DNA from: Octopus bimaculoides
Taxonomy: Eukaryota
Length of the DNA: 40,306 nucleotides
Assembly (NCBI RefSeq): GCF_001194135.2
Contig: NC_069004.1
Span: 34,507,037 to 34,547,342 of the forward strand
Direction: 5' to 3'
The position numbers were made by a program, and so were the translations under genes. Shown one piece after another: positions 1-11,662 of this stretch. Each line of letters opens with the position of its first letter. Position 1 is the stretch's first letter. The notes under the pieces are model-generated. The model saw nothing but the letters and a program-made list of their open reading frames with translations. It made no database searches and had not been told where the DNA came from.

Positions 1-330
1 AGACTTAGAAATATTAATAACTCTATTTCTGAAAACCAGTGGATGGATTCCACTGAAATTAGATAAATAACCTTCGAGCAGATAGTCAGCAGCGCCGCCT
101 GGCTAAGGCTTGGCTACTCTGCATTGACAAGGGGCAACACCCTGAAACTAGTCTAGTCTGCAGATGCCAAACCAGCAGGGGGACACTGCTGACCTCCCCT
201 GTTCGAAGGTTATAAAGGACACAGGTTTCGTGTGTCACATAGCTAGCTAGAGGCGATGGCTTCTTGGAGCTAATTCACGGCAGCTTTCGTCCTAATTTTG
301 GGACTGCCATGTTGGCTTGGCGATAACTAT

Positions 331-475
331 TAATATATATATATAGATATATATATATGTACACACTTAACCAACCACACATGTATACGCATTCTTCTAA
401 CTATTTCTCTTTCTGGCAACCTATATACTTCACCATATACACATATACTTCGATCTATCGTTCTCTTTCTCTGAG

Positions 476-520
<45 letters not shown>

Positions 521-798
521 CATGTATGTATATATATATGCCTGTATGTATATATATATGTATGTATGTATGTATGCGTGTATGCATGTGTGTATATGTA
601 TGTATATATGTATATATATGTATGTATATATGTATATATATGTATGNNNNNNNNNNTATATGTATCTATCTATATACGTGTGTGTGTATATATGTATATA
701 TATATATATATATTATACATATATATATATACACATATATTATATATATACATAGATACATTAGATATACACATATATGTTATATATATACATATATT

Positions 799-829
<31 letters not shown>

Positions 830-835
830 GGTACG
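331..835. repeat. Compound (TA)n/(TATG)n/(TACA)n microsatellite containing a 10-N gap
   Basis: Direct reading; the overlapping YI/IY-repeat ORFs in the track are its translation. Confidence 0.95.
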
Positions 836-1145
836 TGTGTGTTCCTGTGTGTGTCGGTGTGCATGAATTAATGCTTATTTACTGTTTTGTTTGCCAAAAA
901 AGCAAATAAGTAATAATTATAACAAAATAAATAAATAAAAACCACTACTAAAACCAACAACAAAAACAAGAGGAACAACAACAACAACATCAACAACAAG
1001 AGAAAGATCAAATAGCTGGCTTGCTGCACATTTTTGCATTCACATGCACGAACACCAATATTGATGTAATGGAGAACAGAATGAACATCGAACACATTCA
1101 CACGATGCACAATATCTGCACACACATGTTCACAAATAATCTCAT

Positions 1146-1146
<1 letters not shown>

Positions 1147-1181
<35 letters not shown>

Positions 1182-1224
1182 GGTCAAATACGTAAACATA
1201 TACAGTATACGCACGAAGATATAC

Positions 1225-1298
<74 letters not shown>
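1147..1298. repeat. (CA)n tract followed by long (TA)n tract
   Basis: (CA)n at about 1147-1178 and pure (TA)n at about 1226-1298. Confidence 0.95.
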
Positions 1299-1310
<12 letters not shown>

Positions 1311-1564
1311 ATATGCATGCGCAGTCTTAATTTGCTCGCGCACACATACACCATATATAAATCACTTACAGTCATTTAACAATTTACACACATACTCATA
1401 AACAGCAAAAAGGCGACACACACACACGGACATACATACATACATACATACATACATACATACATACATACTACAGTACTCAGAGAAATGTGCAAGCACA
1501 CACACATGCGTATGTTTACGCATACACATGCAACACAACATCGCATTCATACACATTTTTGTAA

Positions 1565-1618
<54 letters not shown>

Positions 1619-1850
1619 GTATGTATGTATGCACACGGTTTACCATGGCACGTCAACTCGTATATAACCACACACACACACACACACACCCACACTCGTA
1701 CGTTACTCAAAAACAGTGCGAAGTACAACATACGTACATAAATGTGCGCGCGCACACAGACACATATGCGTGCGCACATACACTGGTGCACGTATTCCTT
1801 CAAACATAAAACACTTTTATTCGCACAGTCCTTCCACCGAAGTTACACTT

Positions 1851-1853
<3 letters not shown>

Positions 1854-1898
<45 letters not shown>
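1854..1898. repeat. (CT)n microsatellite
   Basis: Direct reading. Confidence 0.95.
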
Positions 1899-1904
<6 letters not shown>

Positions 1905-2144
1905 TGCATACATATACTGATACATACCACTGACCATATACACACAGAAACTCACATACACACACTCTCATACAATGTGTCTTGTATGCGGACACACATA
2001 CACATTGTGACCCACAAGAGAATCTCTACATGGCCAACCTATCTACTAGACATAGCAACTAAATCTTTCTGAAATCATGCTTTGATCTTCTTGGGAAAGG
2101 GAGGGGCACATGGGGAAAAAATAAAATGTACTTCCACATATTTG

Positions 2145-2225
2145 TAAAAAAAAGACAGGATGGCCCTTGCTGGAACGCTTCCTTGATATGTCGTTCCAGC
2201 CTATGGTTAAATCACAACAACATCA
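2145..2225 (-). mobile_element. Short degenerate interspersed repeat (my label E), copy 1
   Basis: Reverse complement ends ttccagcaagggccatcctgtcttttt, loosely similar to 8600-8685 (ttcctgctacaaccatccctgtcgtttt) and 33393-33470. Family identity rests partly on a recalled octopus repeat. Confidence 0.35.
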
Positions 2226-2613
2226 TATTCTGACATACAAACAAACGAATGAGGAACTTCTATGTGGTCGTAAAACCTGCTAAATATAGCAGCCACATCT
2301 TCAATTAAAAGCCCGCAGCGTTATAAAAGTAATAGAATGAGTATTAATGAAAGAAAGTCGTGATGATCACGGCGGGAAAGGCTTTTGAATATGAATATAT
2401 ATACATATGTATATCTTTGATTATATCTATATCTCTGTCAACGTTGTCCTGGGGTTCAACAATAAAAGCAGCCACACATCCAAACACCAAACACACACAC
2501 GCACACGAGCGAGAAGGCACGCGCAGATAGACATGTAAATGGTTATAGAGGTTCCGGTCACGTGCACACAAGCAAATAAACATGTTGCCTCGTAGTGCTG
2601 CTTTATGTCGTGT

Positions 2614-2723
2614 ATGGCGGCGCATAAACATGGCGGGTGCAAAAGAAAAGGGGAATAAACAGTTGATTGATATATCGGAGAGGGTTTCGTCCAATGATTG
2701 AACATGGCGGTCGTGACGGAAGT
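2614..2723 (+). promoter_or_regulatory. Putative promoter/enhancer-like motif cluster (YY1-type x2, CCAAT, ETS core)
   Basis: aacatggcgg at 2627-2636 and 2701-2710, ccaat at 2691-2695, cggaagt at 2717-2723, in a locally CpG-richer patch. Motif match only. Confidence 0.3.
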
Positions 2724-2797
2724 AGGCCTTCGCAGTGTGTGCGAATATAATGGAAGAGCATACGATATTAATGGGTGGGAACACATACAACTATATA

Positions 2798-3073
2798 NNN
2801 NNNNNNNNNNNNNNNNNNNNNNNNNNNNNNNNNNNNNNNNNNNNNNNNNNNNNNNNNNNNNNNNNNNNNNNNNNNNNNNNNNNNNNNNNNNNNNNNNNNN
2901 NNNNNNNNNNNNNNNNNNNNNNNNNNNNNNNNNNNNNNNNNNNNNNNNNNNNNNNNNNNNNNNNNNNNNNNNNNNNNNNNNNNNNNNNNNNNNNNNNNNN
3001 NNNNNNNNNNNNNNNNNNNNNNNNNNNNNNNNNNNNNNNNNNNNNNNNNNNNNNNNNNNNNNNNNNNNNNNNN
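2798..3073. other. Assembly gap (N run)
   Basis: N characters flanked by (TA)n. Confidence 1.
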
Positions 3074-3741
3074 ATATATATATATATATATATATATAAT
3101 ATACGTATACAAACATTGTATGTCTATATATATAATTATATACATAGACACGTATATGTATATCTATATATGCATACGTACACAAACATATGTATATATG
3201 TATATATATCGGTGTACATACATACACCGATATACATACATACATGTGTGTGTGTGTATATATATACGGGTATGATGTGTGTGAGTGCGGGGGAGATCGT
3301 TGGTTATGTAACCTGACACCATAACAACGGACCTCTAGCGAATATGGTCATGCACAGACAAACCCCCATTAAATGAGAAATAGGAATATCACGAAAGGAG
3401 TGGTCGAACAATAAACGGGGTCGGGGGGGGGGTAAGATGGCAGAAAACATGAGGCTTGTTGATGACTTTATCTACAGGGAGAAAGAGAGGGGTTTTCTGT
3501 GCTGGTGTGTAACTACAACTGCCTTATGCTTATGAATAACGATCCACAAATGTGTGGGTGGGTGCATCTCTGTGCGTGTCGTTGTAGCAATTCAAGGCAA
3601 ACTACTCAATACATAGATTAGAGTATGTAGAGCTTTATTAAATTAATGGCGCTGACAGAATTTGCTCTGGTTTTGAGTCTTTCTCTCGTAGTTCTTTGAG
3701 TGCCATCGATTCAATTCACATCCGTACACACATATATATGA

Positions 3742-3972
3742 CTGTGCGCATAATAATAATAGTAATAATAATAATAATAAATGCCCTGACGTAGTACCAG
3801 GCAGTAGCTCTCATAGCTTCTAATCTTAACTGATTTGAAGTATTATCATGTACATTGTCTTGGTTTAAAAGATGGGCTACAGCGAATATTCTGCTCAATA
3901 CCACAGATTTGCTTTTAACAAGATTGACCTTAACCAGTTGAACATGTTCCTTGCTGGATGACGTTATGTGCA
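3742..3972 (-). mobile_element. Probable 3' end of a retroposon with an (ATT)n tail
   Basis: (AAT)n at about 3742-3780 abuts a complex block (atgccctgacgtagtaccaggcagtagctctcatagcttctaatcttaactg...) that I recall as a high-copy octopus repeat. No second copy in this window. Confidence 0.45.
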
Positions 3973-4895
3973 CGCAGACACACACATGCGCATTTATTTA
4001 TGTGTGTGTATATAAATAGATATAAATATATTAGTAACACTAACTTCGGCGTTTCATCGGTCAGTCAACCCGTCAGATAATTTGATGAGGTGAACGACCG
4101 GCGAAATTCGAAGTTACTGTCGATAAACTATTAAATTTTTCAAACTTGACGTTTATAGTGAAACTTTTGTTCGTTTCATGTTCCCCTTTTCTATGAATAG
4201 AAAATACACATTTTAAATTAAGTACATAAATATATAATACACATTCGCACAAACCATATATAATGTATACACACACACATGCTTGTACACACACATGTGT
4301 CTGTGTTCCACTCAAAGTCATTTAGATTCGTTTGACTTGTTCACGTTAATACTCTTCGCATTCAATTATTTCAAATGGCCTTACCATTCATTCTCAATAG
4401 CTCATTGAAAGAGCCTATATACACACATCTATGGTTCAAAATTGCACAAAAACCAAAAGACAGACAGGTGAAGAAACAACAAACAAGGCGAATTAGTTTA
4501 ACGTTCAGCAGAAATGGAAGAGACTTTGCCGTTTCGAACTTATGCTCTTCTACAGAAAGGAATGAGGGGAAAAGACAGATGAAGACAAGGAGAAAAAAAA
4601 TGAGAGAAAAATAAAACGTGCCTGGGTTAACGGTTGCACATGTGGAATTGAGTGGAAATAAAGAAGTGGTCGTTGGAAAGGAGGATAAGTGTAGCCTGGT
4701 TAAAGTGTGTGTACGCTAGGATGTATATGTATGCGAAGATAATGTGTGCGTGTGTATATGTGTGCAAGCAGGTGTGTGAGCCTGAAGATTGTGAGCGTGC
4801 GGGCGGCGTGTATATGTATGTGTGAGTAAACAAGTACGTGTGCGTGTATGGAGCTATGTGTGTGTGTGTGTGTGTATGCGAGGGAGTGTGTAACG

Positions 4896-4942
<47 letters not shown>

Positions 4943-5404
4943 ATGAGTTTTTCATTTTTGTTTATAGATATTTTTCTTTTGTATTTACCTCATTGATTTT
5001 AATTATTATTTCCCATTTTTATTATTTCAAGTTTTTTTTCCCTCAATTTTTTGACCACAATTTTTTCATCTTTCTTATCCCCGTCCCCACCAACAGCCCT
5101 TAACTGCATTTTCTTCAGTTCTCTACTTCCCTCTCACTTCTCTGCTTTTCCCTTTCTACTCATTTATCTTCCTTTGCTATTTCTCTTTCTTTTCTCTTCA
5201 TTACAGCTGATATGTCGTTCCTCAAAAGCAACCACCTTCCTATTTTTGCTCCGTTCTTTTTTTGCCCTTCCTTCGTTTTTTTCTTTTTTACTCCCGTCTT
5301 TCTCACGTCTGATTTTCCTCCCTCCTACTCCTAGAGTTTCCTCTCAGTTCCTCCTACTCTCACCCGACACAAAAACAAACAAAACAATTCGGCCACTGTG
5401 TCGC

Positions 5405-6045
5405 TAAAGAATATTATACTATGCACCTTACAACCAGGCCTTCTAATAACAATGAACAGATACAACTTGGACAAATTTGATGACCTCCTCTATCTCGCTC
5501 GTGGGTTCATACAAGTAAGAAGTGCATTAAAACTAGCATTGTTAAAATATGGCCAGCTCTTTCAAAGATGAACATCATTTCGAAATTAAATCTAAAGAAA
5601 CAACTTAAGTCAAGATTAACTTCTTCTGAGCAAACAATATGGTATCACAAGATGGTATCACTAGATGGCGTCACTAGATGCATCCTATCAAAAGCACAGG
5701 ATGCAAAGACTTGATGGAACGTACACGAGATTTCTGAGAGCAGCACTTAACGTCAAAGTCCCATTCAACAAATCGGGTTCTTTATAGTAATCTTCCAATG
5801 AATGGAAAGAAAAGAGAAATTTCGACACTGCTTTCGTAGTAAAGATGAAGTTGTGAGTGAAATGCCGAAATGGGAACGAACACACGGAAAGTGTCCTGGG
5901 GGTCGACTTTCCAGGATACCTATCGACCACCTAGTTGAAGACATTGGATAGTTGAAGAATAACCAACAGCAATGCAGGAAAGGGAATTCTAGAGAAAATT
6001 GATTCATGGTGTTCGTCCGCTGATGTAGTAGTAGTAGTAGTATTG
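5405..6045 (+). pseudogene. Dead non-LTR retrotransposon (RTE/RTEX-like) ORF2 C-terminal fragment with 3' (TAG)n tail
   Basis: Frameshifted translation gives LDKFDDLLYL / SWVHTSKKCIKTSIVKIWPALSKMNIISKLNLKKQLKSR / RLDGTYTRFLRAALNV (5707-5754) / LYSNLP / HCFRSKDEVVSEMPKWERTHGKCPGGRLSRIPIDHLVEDIG (from 5826). This matches the typical post-RT region of RTE-group LINEs. It ends in gtagtagtagtagtag and has several stops and frameshifts. Confidence 0.85.
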
Positions 6046-6749
6046 AGTATAGATTTCCAGCCGCTTGAGGAACGGTAAGGTGGATCACTGAGAAAGGATA
6101 CTGTGTAGCAGACTCACATTTTCTGTAAATGTTATCCACTCTACCTGAAACCTTGAGTACTTTACACCACCGCTTCATTGCAATTACGGGATCACAAAAG
6201 CATTAAGCGTATACATGCATCTATATCTATATGTATGCATGCGTTTATTATGTAAATAAATACACATACATATATATGTACATATAAATACAAATATGTA
6301 TGTACCTACGCACGTGTGTATACATGTGAGTATACACATATGTGTGTGCATATATAATACACACACACACACACACATACATACACACACACACATATAT
6401 ATATATATATGGAATACACATACACATGATGTACAGAAGTACATATATAGATGCAATATATTTTCCTTCAAAGTTTTGCCAGCTTTAGTCATAGAATCAC
6501 TGGCCATGCTAGAGTAACTAAGACATTCTAGTTTATAGACGATTTCATCGGAGCCATTACTTATTGTAGATCGTCGGAGGTTTGAAGGGAGAGTAAGGGG
6601 TGAGTAAGGAGGGTGGGCGATAAAGGAGCGAATGGAGAGCAGCGACGAAGGAGAGAATAAATCAGTGTTTGTGATGTTGTGAGGTGTTGGAACGTTGAAT
6701 ATTTGGTTTGAATTGTGAGATGCGAGACAAGGGATGCGGGGAGAAAGGA

Positions 6750-7135
6750 AGAAGGTGGAGGAAGAAGAAGAAGAAGAAGAAGAAGAAGAAGAGCGAGAAG
6801 AAATATCTTTCGCAAGAAATGATGTGCCGGGGGTGAAGATTGATTAATGGCGGCGCATAAAGAGAAACCAAAACGAAAGCAGCAGCAGCAGTAACAGCAG
6901 CATCAACAACAACAACAACAACAACAGGAGCAATAACAACAATCACAACCACAACAACCACCATAAGAATGAACGACAGTAACAAGACCAGCTGCAGCAG
7001 CAGCAGCAGCAGCAATGATGACCATTCCAGGAAAGCAAAGAAAAAAAAAACGTTCTTCATCCTCAGCAGCGCCGCCATCATTAAAAACATATACAAGTAC
7101 AACAATAAGAACAACAACATCAAGGGTATTAATAA
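6750..7135. repeat. Mixed triplet-repeat region (GAA)n, (CAG)n, (CAA)n
   Basis: Direct reading. Plus-strand frames are interrupted by stops; minus-strand frames give only poly-V/L/A/C. Confidence 0.85.
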
Positions 7136-7366
7136 CTGCCACCGGAGTATAAATTAGTGAAAGTTCAATTCTAAGACAGCTCGTTATTTCTGCCGCGGTA
7201 CATGAACGGAATAAAACGAAATTCGCTTCACATGTACAGGTCCGTGCCTGCTGTTTATGCGCATGCGTGAGCAATTCTAGAAAAATCTGTGCAAGACGCA
7301 CGCGTGTAGATGTAGGAGTTCGAATTCAAACTGGGACATATGTGTTTTATAATTTTACCGCTACTT

Positions 7367-7578
7367 AGGGCGAGGAGCGGGCAGAACCGTCAGCATGCCG
7401 AACAAAATGCTTAGTGGCATTTCGTCCGTCTTTACATTGTGAGTTCAAATTCCGATGAAGTAAACTTTCCCTTACGTCCTTTCGGGGTCGATGAAATAAG
7501 TACCAGATGAAGACTGGGGTCGATGTAATCGACTTAGCCTCTAATTCTGAAATTATAGGCCTTATATCAGAATTCCAG
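7367..7578 (+). mobile_element. tRNA-derived SINE family A, near full length
   Basis: Degenerate A-box region (gagcgggcagaaccg), B-box gagttcaaattcc, body cctttcggggtcgat...aagtaccag...ctggggtcgatgtaatcgac; colinear with the copies at 11663 and 17588. Confidence 0.9.
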
Positions 7579-7597
7579 ACCAACATTTTGCTGCTGT

Positions 7598-7668
7598 TTA
7601 GGGCTGCGAGCGAGCAGAGTCGTTAGCACGCCGGACAAAATGCTTGGCGGCATTTCGTCCGTCTTTAC
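7598..7668 (+). mobile_element. SINE A 5' fragment (left arm of a fold-back)
   Basis: ttagggctgcgagcgagcagagtcgttagcacgccggacaaaatgctt..., truncated just before the B-box. Confidence 0.9.
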
Positions 7669-7757
7669 GGAATTTGAATTCAGAAAGTAAGGACGAACGA
7701 AATATTGCTAAGCATTTCGCCCGGCGTGCTAACGATACTGTCAGCTCGCAGCCTTAA
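7669..7757 (-). mobile_element. SINE A 5' fragment including B-box (right arm of a fold-back)
   Basis: Reverse complement ttaaggctgcgagctgacagtatcgttagcacgccgggcgaaatgcttagc...ttctgaattcaaattcc. Confidence 0.9.
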
Positions 7758-7916
7758 TAACAACAACAACAACAATAATAATAATAATAATAATAATAAT
7801 AGCCCTAATAAGGATTTGTAAATTCAGTAGAAACACGCACATATATATAAATATATATAAATATATACACACACATGTATGTATATATACACACATATAC
7901 ACATATATATACATAT

Positions 7917-7947
<31 letters not shown>

Positions 7948-8073
7948 ATCATATACAACATATATATGTTGTGTGAGTGTGTAATTACACGTGTATATTC
8001 ATGTAAAGCTCACTTTTTATCTATGTATAAACGTAAGCACGTACATGTATTCATACACACGCGCACATTGATG

Positions 8074-8109
<36 letters not shown>

Positions 8110-8524
8110 CATATACAGGGACAAGTACGTCGAATGTCTATCTTCTGTACCATTCATGTCATAACGTGTCATAGCTGCCAACGGGATATATTTTAATTAC
8201 ATCATATCTTGTCTGAGGTTGGTTGTTACGTCACTGAGCCCCTCCTCATGTCATCCAGTGCAGATAAGAGGTGATGATAACGAACGAGTGTGTGTGTATG
8301 TGTACGAGTCTTTAGTGTGTGTGCGTTTGTATATATGTGCGAGTGTGTGTATGTCTTCTCGTGCAAAGATTCTAGAGATGTTGAACCGTTCTCCGCATGA
8401 AGGTATGTATATCCTTTTACCGCGCATGTATACGTGTGTGTGAACATGCATACATATACATGTGTTTGTAATTGTATCGGTGTACGTGTATGGTAGAGAA
8501 ATCAAACATGGTAGATGAGCAAAG

Positions 8525-8685
8525 GAGTTCGTTTCAATCCTCCATCGTGACACCTTGAGCAAGGTCTTTTTTTGTTTGCACCATAGCTGTTGTGGTTCTT
8601 TAAATCCAGTTCAGTCCTGTTTGAACCAGCCTAGGATCAATGTTGTTCCTGCTACAACCATCCCTGTCGTTTTGTCTAGCTAAGC
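8525..8685 (+). mobile_element. Degenerate SINE B-like head followed by a repeat E copy
   Basis: tttcaatcctccatcgtgacaccttgagcaaggtctt resembles the B segment ttcagtcccactgcgtggcaccttgggcaagtgtctt; 8600-8685 resembles 33393-33470. Confidence 0.4.
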
Positions 8686-9604
8686 CTCCATTGATGTAGA
8701 GTGTGTGTCTGTGTGTCTGAGCATTCATGAAACTGTGCATGTACGTGTGTCTGAGTATGCAGTTATTGATTCTGTGTGTGTGTGTATGTGTGTGTGTGTG
8801 CTCGTGTGTGTGTGTGTGTGTGCACAGTATTATTGCTATAGCAACGTTAAATCCATTATTATGTCACGTGGTACAGAAAGGGTACGGAAGCTCTTGAATG
8901 ATTCTCCCTAGGGGCAGGGGCATGTGTATGCTCGCGCACATGCGTGTGTAAGGTATGTAAATGTGTGCTAATGTACATAGCGCGTGTATTTCTGATTGTG
9001 TGACTCTGTGGAAGTTGGTGCTCGCATACTCATGTGTGTGTGTGCGTGAGTGTGGTTACGTGTGTTTGTGTGTGCGTAGATAGAGGATTGTTGGTCAAAA
9101 CCCTTACCCCTTTAAACACGTACCACCTGTCTGGCCCCTCGAGCGTCTTTAGTTGAAGTCACTCCTTTCCAAGCATTCAGAACTTCCTACATTTCTCTCA
9201 TCTGTCACTACTCTTTTGAATTTAACAAACAGATTCCATGAATTAGGCAGAATTGTTAGAAAGTTGTACAAAATTCTTTGTTGTGTTTCTTCCTCCTCTC
9301 TGTGCTTTGAGTTCAAATTTAGCAAGAGGTCAACTTATATACTTTTTAACTATAAACTTCATCAACTGAATCAAGTCTGAGGAGCATGTATAGAGTGAAA
9401 CATGTGAACATTTGTAGCGAATCATTTATATTTTAATTTACTCTAACATATAGAATTATAACTTTAAATATAATTTGTAATATCATTATCCACGACTAAC
9501 CTCGTCATGTGTCATTTAATTGCAACTGGCTTCGAGTTATTAACTAACCTCTTTCATATACAGTATATACGAATGTGTTTGTGTGTATACATACATATAT
9601 ATAT

Positions 9605-9638
<34 letters not shown>

Positions 9639-10182
9639 CTGTGTGTGAGTGTGTGTTTTGTATTCAAAATTTCGCTATGTCTACACCAACCGCCAGATGT
9701 CGTAATCACTTGCACGCAATAATCATCCATCGCCGAGAAGCCTCACAGCTCACTTAGGCTTTCATAGTTGTCATTTTCTACCAATAAGCCTTTAGTGTTT
9801 AAAACGTCAGGAATTTTTATGAATAGAAGTTATAGGGTTAAGAATTACCGTCTAGATTTGATGTACAATTTGAAATTTTCTTAAACACACTCGCACACGC
9901 CGCATACACACACACATCCAATAACAATATTTCCGCAATAACCATCAAGATTTCATAATTGCTTTCATGAAATAATGTCGTTGAAATATAAAGAATCCTT
10001 AGAACTTATCCAATTTGGCCGTCATCTCCTTAAAAAGAAGACCGCAGGATTTGAAGCGTTGAGAAATATTAACAATAATCTTCATAGGATTGGACGTAAG
10101 AGCTCGCTGAGTGAGACTTGGCTCTTATGTCTGGAAAGTTAGGCTACAACCCAGAATTTTGATCAAAGTCTTCATTCGAAGA

Positions 10183-10344
10183 GCCCCTTGGCTGTGCGGT
10201 AAGGGGCTTGCTTTTCAGCCATGTGGTTCCAGGTTCAGACCCACCATATCGTACTTTTGGCAAGTTTTTTTTTCAATAGCCTCAGACCTACCGAAGACTT
10301 GTCAGTGGATTTGGTAGATGGAAACTGAAAAGCCAGTCGTGTGC

Positions 10345-10345
<1 letters not shown>
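10183..10345 (+). mobile_element. tRNA-derived SINE family B, 5' half ending in a microsatellite
   Basis: A-box tggctgtgcggtaag, B-box ggttcagaccc, then gtcagtggatttggtagatggaaactgaaaagcc; homologous to 34770-34899. Confidence 0.85.
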
Positions 10346-10389
<44 letters not shown>

Positions 10390-11662
10390 CATACACCCTC
10401 TTTTTCAAAGTTTATCTATCCAATAATGAGGTTTTATGACCTAAGAGACTCAATTTCCTAGTGTTAGCGCTCAGTCGAAAGATACACATGTAACAGGATA
10501 ATTATGCGTAGTTAAGTAATTATTTAATTATTTTAATGAACTCTGTCGGGACACGACTCACGATGCGAACCGCTGACCGAGATGCTTACTATGGGGTTCG
10601 AACTACGATGTGTTGTTAAAGAAAATTTGGTTGTTCACATGACACATGGGTGCATTCCGTGTCTTTTGTTGTGACGTGTGTAGACTGTCCCTGTTTGAAG
10701 CTTATTTCCGGAAGCTTAAAATGATGAAAGGGTGTTACCAGCTACATAAATGTATCTGTGTGTGTGTGAACCTGTGTGTGTCCCTGCGTTAGTATGTGTG
10801 TTTGTAGAGATGCTGCAACGTATAGGACATCAAAGTTACAAAACGAAGAATGACGGCAACAGCACTGAACATTAAAATACCACAAACGTGGTCAGAGAGT
10901 GAGTCACGTTAGTGTACGTGCGAAGGCACTGTGTGACAGGACACTTCCTGTCCAAGAGATGAGAGACGATTGAAACCCTAAAACAGGCAATTTCACTGGC
11001 AGATTCTCATTGTCAGTTACGGCTGAGATATTTAGTGACACAAACATTGATTTTCGCCACCGAAGTTCTCCAGAGAGTGAGAACTCGCTCGTGCGTGTTA
11101 AATGAGAATACAAGTTTGACAGAACATGTATATATGTGCGTATGTGTGTGTATGTGTGCGCTTGTGTGTGATACTGGACGAGGTTATATTTAAGTAAAGC
11201 CCTCTCTCATATATATATATATATATATATACGCACGTACATATATTTATGAAACGACTAGTTCATGTTCCTTCATGAGCAGCTGAAAATGCCCACCTGG
11301 GACCTAATTTTACGACGAAATTATCAACATGACGAAGTACACGTATATATTTATTGATATTCTGCGCTGTTAGTTGATCGCCATTAGTTTTTGCGATAAC
11401 CATTCAATTGTTCACCCAAACATGCTGTTTATTCAAGTAGTTGAGTACACCACAGAAAAAAATGGGCCCTTAATGTTTAAATAACGCTCAAATTACGGTT
11501 TGAAGGGTACAGTTATGAAAATAGTCCAGATTGATAAAAACAGGATTCCAATTTAGGATTTCATGATTCTGAAGAATTCATGACTTTGGAACTCTATTAC
11601 GGCATGAAAATAATTATGATATATGATGAAACTGCAATATATATAGCAATAGTGATGGAGAC

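Noticed and set aside
6662-7301. Hydrophobic or Cys-rich minus-strand ORFs that look like membrane or metallothionein-like proteins
   Set aside because: They are the antisense reading of CAA/CAG triplet repeats.
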